The notes below the pieces were generated by a model. That model saw only the letters and a program-made list of their open reading frames with translations. It made no database searches and was not told the origin of the DNA. Below, piece after piece: positions 35,215 to 36,458 of a stretch of 36,458 nucleotides of DNA. How positions within the stretch are numbered: position 1 is the first letter of the stretch; each line of letters starts with the position of its first letter. The stretch is from Catajapyx aquilonaris (Eukaryota): positions 1-36,458 of the forward strand of contig KZ539018.1 of assembly GCA_000934665.2 (NCBI GenBank), written 5' to 3'. The position numbers and the translations under genes are program-made.

Positions 35215-35785
35215 TAAGTGAAGCACTCTGAAATTGGGGGAGGCCTAAGAGCAACGTACATCAGTCATATATTGCAGTGTCATGACTCTTGTCTATTAAT
35301 TATGGAAAAAGGCACTGTTGCAAAACTCACGAGGTGTGTTTCAAAAGAGTACTAAGTGATGTACTCAAAAAGACTTCACAATGTCTGAATGAAATTATAA
35401 TAACTGATTCAAAGTTAAAATTGCGGACACAAATCTCCATCAGCGGAAGCTATTTGATAGGCATTGAATGAAAGGCACTAAAAGAGACTAACTAATTCAC
35501 ACATTGAATATATGCCATTACAAATAAGTATGTGCCAGGTTTCCTCAATGTGTGCATGACTTGTCAATGAAAAGGCCTTTTGTCATTCCCTGCACGCTCT
35601 GAATTGAATCAGGTTTCATGTTATAAGCGTTACCAAAGAAAGTGAAATCCAATAGTGATTGCAAACCATCATATTTAAACAAGGGCATGCAGTGGTTTAC
35701 CAATTTAATTCATAACAAAACATAAACATCCATCCCAAAATATGGCGAGTAAAAGTCCCATCACAGTATTTGCACAACTTCCACG

Positions 35786-35923
35786 TCAAGCCTCGGGCAC
35801 GACGGCCAAAAAGTCTCGCACCATTGGCTCCAGCTCTTTCTCCAAGCTGAGGAGGTGGCCCGTGTTGGCGTCCTGAGTTCCAATCAGGGTTATCACCAGT
35901 GGCAAGTGGTTGATCTGAATCAC
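35786..35923 (-). CDS. LAMTOR3: LAMTOR3 (Ragulator subunit, MP1), last coding exon
   Basis: Translates VIQINHLPLVITLIGTQDANTGHLLSLEKELEPMVRDFLAVVPEA*, matching the LAMTOR3 C-terminus (VVQFNRLPLVVSFIASSSANTGLIVSLEKEL as recalled for human). Acceptor TTTCAG|GTG at 35924; 138 nt, phase 0. Confidence 0.93.
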   Translation of the reverse strand: MIQINHLPLVITLIGTQDANTGHLLSLEKELEPMVRDFLAVVPEA

Positions 35924-36133
35924 CTGAAAGGCATAATCAACGTTCATTAGAAATCTGCTCTCATTAATGATTGTCACATCTCATACAATCACTTTGTAGC
36001 ATGGTTTTTAATGTTTTGTAAATGTTAGAATGATTTCCTGGATATGGCTGCTGGATGATACAAATTTCTTCACTCGTCGATTGTGATGGTTGAAACAGCT
36101 GTGAATCAGTGCCTGGATTTCACTGGTTCGTAC

Positions 36134-36267
36134 CTGGTACGAGTTATAGATGCAAACAACTTTCTTGTTCTTGCCAAGCCCCAATTTGCTTCCCTGATCC
36201 GTTGCCATTCCGAATGTCGAGATAAAACTCGGTCGCATCGCAAGTTCCGCTGTGTTGTCAGTGGACG
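36134..36267 (-). CDS. LAMTOR3: LAMTOR3, penultimate coding exon (upstream exons outside the window)
   Basis: Translates (A)STDNTAELAMRPSFISTFGMATDQGSKLGLGKNKKVVCIYNSYQ with the LAMTOR3 signature ATDQGSKLGL. Acceptor poly-T...GTTGCAG at 36268, donor CAG|GTACGA at 36133; 134 nt; joins the last exon in frame across a 210-nt intron. Confidence 0.93.
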
Positions 36268-36365
36268 CTGCAACATATGAAAAAAAAATCATTGAATAAT
36301 TTGATACCCATTCGATCCTCATGACTCTTAGTACCATGTCCTGTAAAATCACTAACTTGGCTTAT

Positions 36366-36458
36366 ACAACAACAACAACAACAACAACATCACGACATTT
36401 CCCTATGAGGGGTAGTCAGCGATGAAGGGAGATGCAAGCTAACCCAACATATGAACTA
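36366..36458 (-). repeat. (CAA)n tract, possibly the tail of a retroposon in the LAMTOR3 intron
   Basis: (CAA)n at about 36367-36389 next to unique sequence running off the window. Confidence 0.4.

Noticed and set aside
35924..36352. ORF-track extensions of the two LAMTOR3 ORFs (to 35977 and 36008-36352)
   Set aside because: Read-through into introns; similarity stops at canonical splice sites.

Overview
Eukaryotic genomic DNA from an invertebrate animal, probably an arthropod (inferred from spliceosomal introns, MITE/SINE/Helitron content and microsatellites). It has four small N gaps, all inside poly-G/C runs. Two protein-coding genes face each other tail to tail. (1) On +, a PRDM8/ZNF488-family C2H2 zinc-finger gene with no PR/SET domain visible: TATA promoter near 7869, a short predicted first exon ending at 7992, a 1.15-kb intron and one coding exon at 9152-10147. 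(2) On -, the last two coding exons of LAMTOR3 (Ragulator subunit MP1; 36267-36134 and 35923-35786), with the rest of the gene beyond the window. The remaining sequence is non-coding. It holds many non-autonomous elements (TA-flanked Tc1/mariner-type MITEs, Harbinger- and Mutator-type MITEs, Helitron-like pieces, a tRNA-derived SINE, retroposon tails), often nested, plus minisatellites and a dispersed repeat I call family R. I found no CRISPR array, operon or other prokaryote-type system. Best leads: two different hairpin MITEs at the homologous site of family R, family R carrying CTCF-like plus AP-1-like motifs, the PR-less PRDM8-type gene with a splice-created overlapping uORF, and nested insertions with in-window empty sites. 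Alignments were done by eye, so repeat boundaries are approximate and family assignments rest on recalled consensus features.
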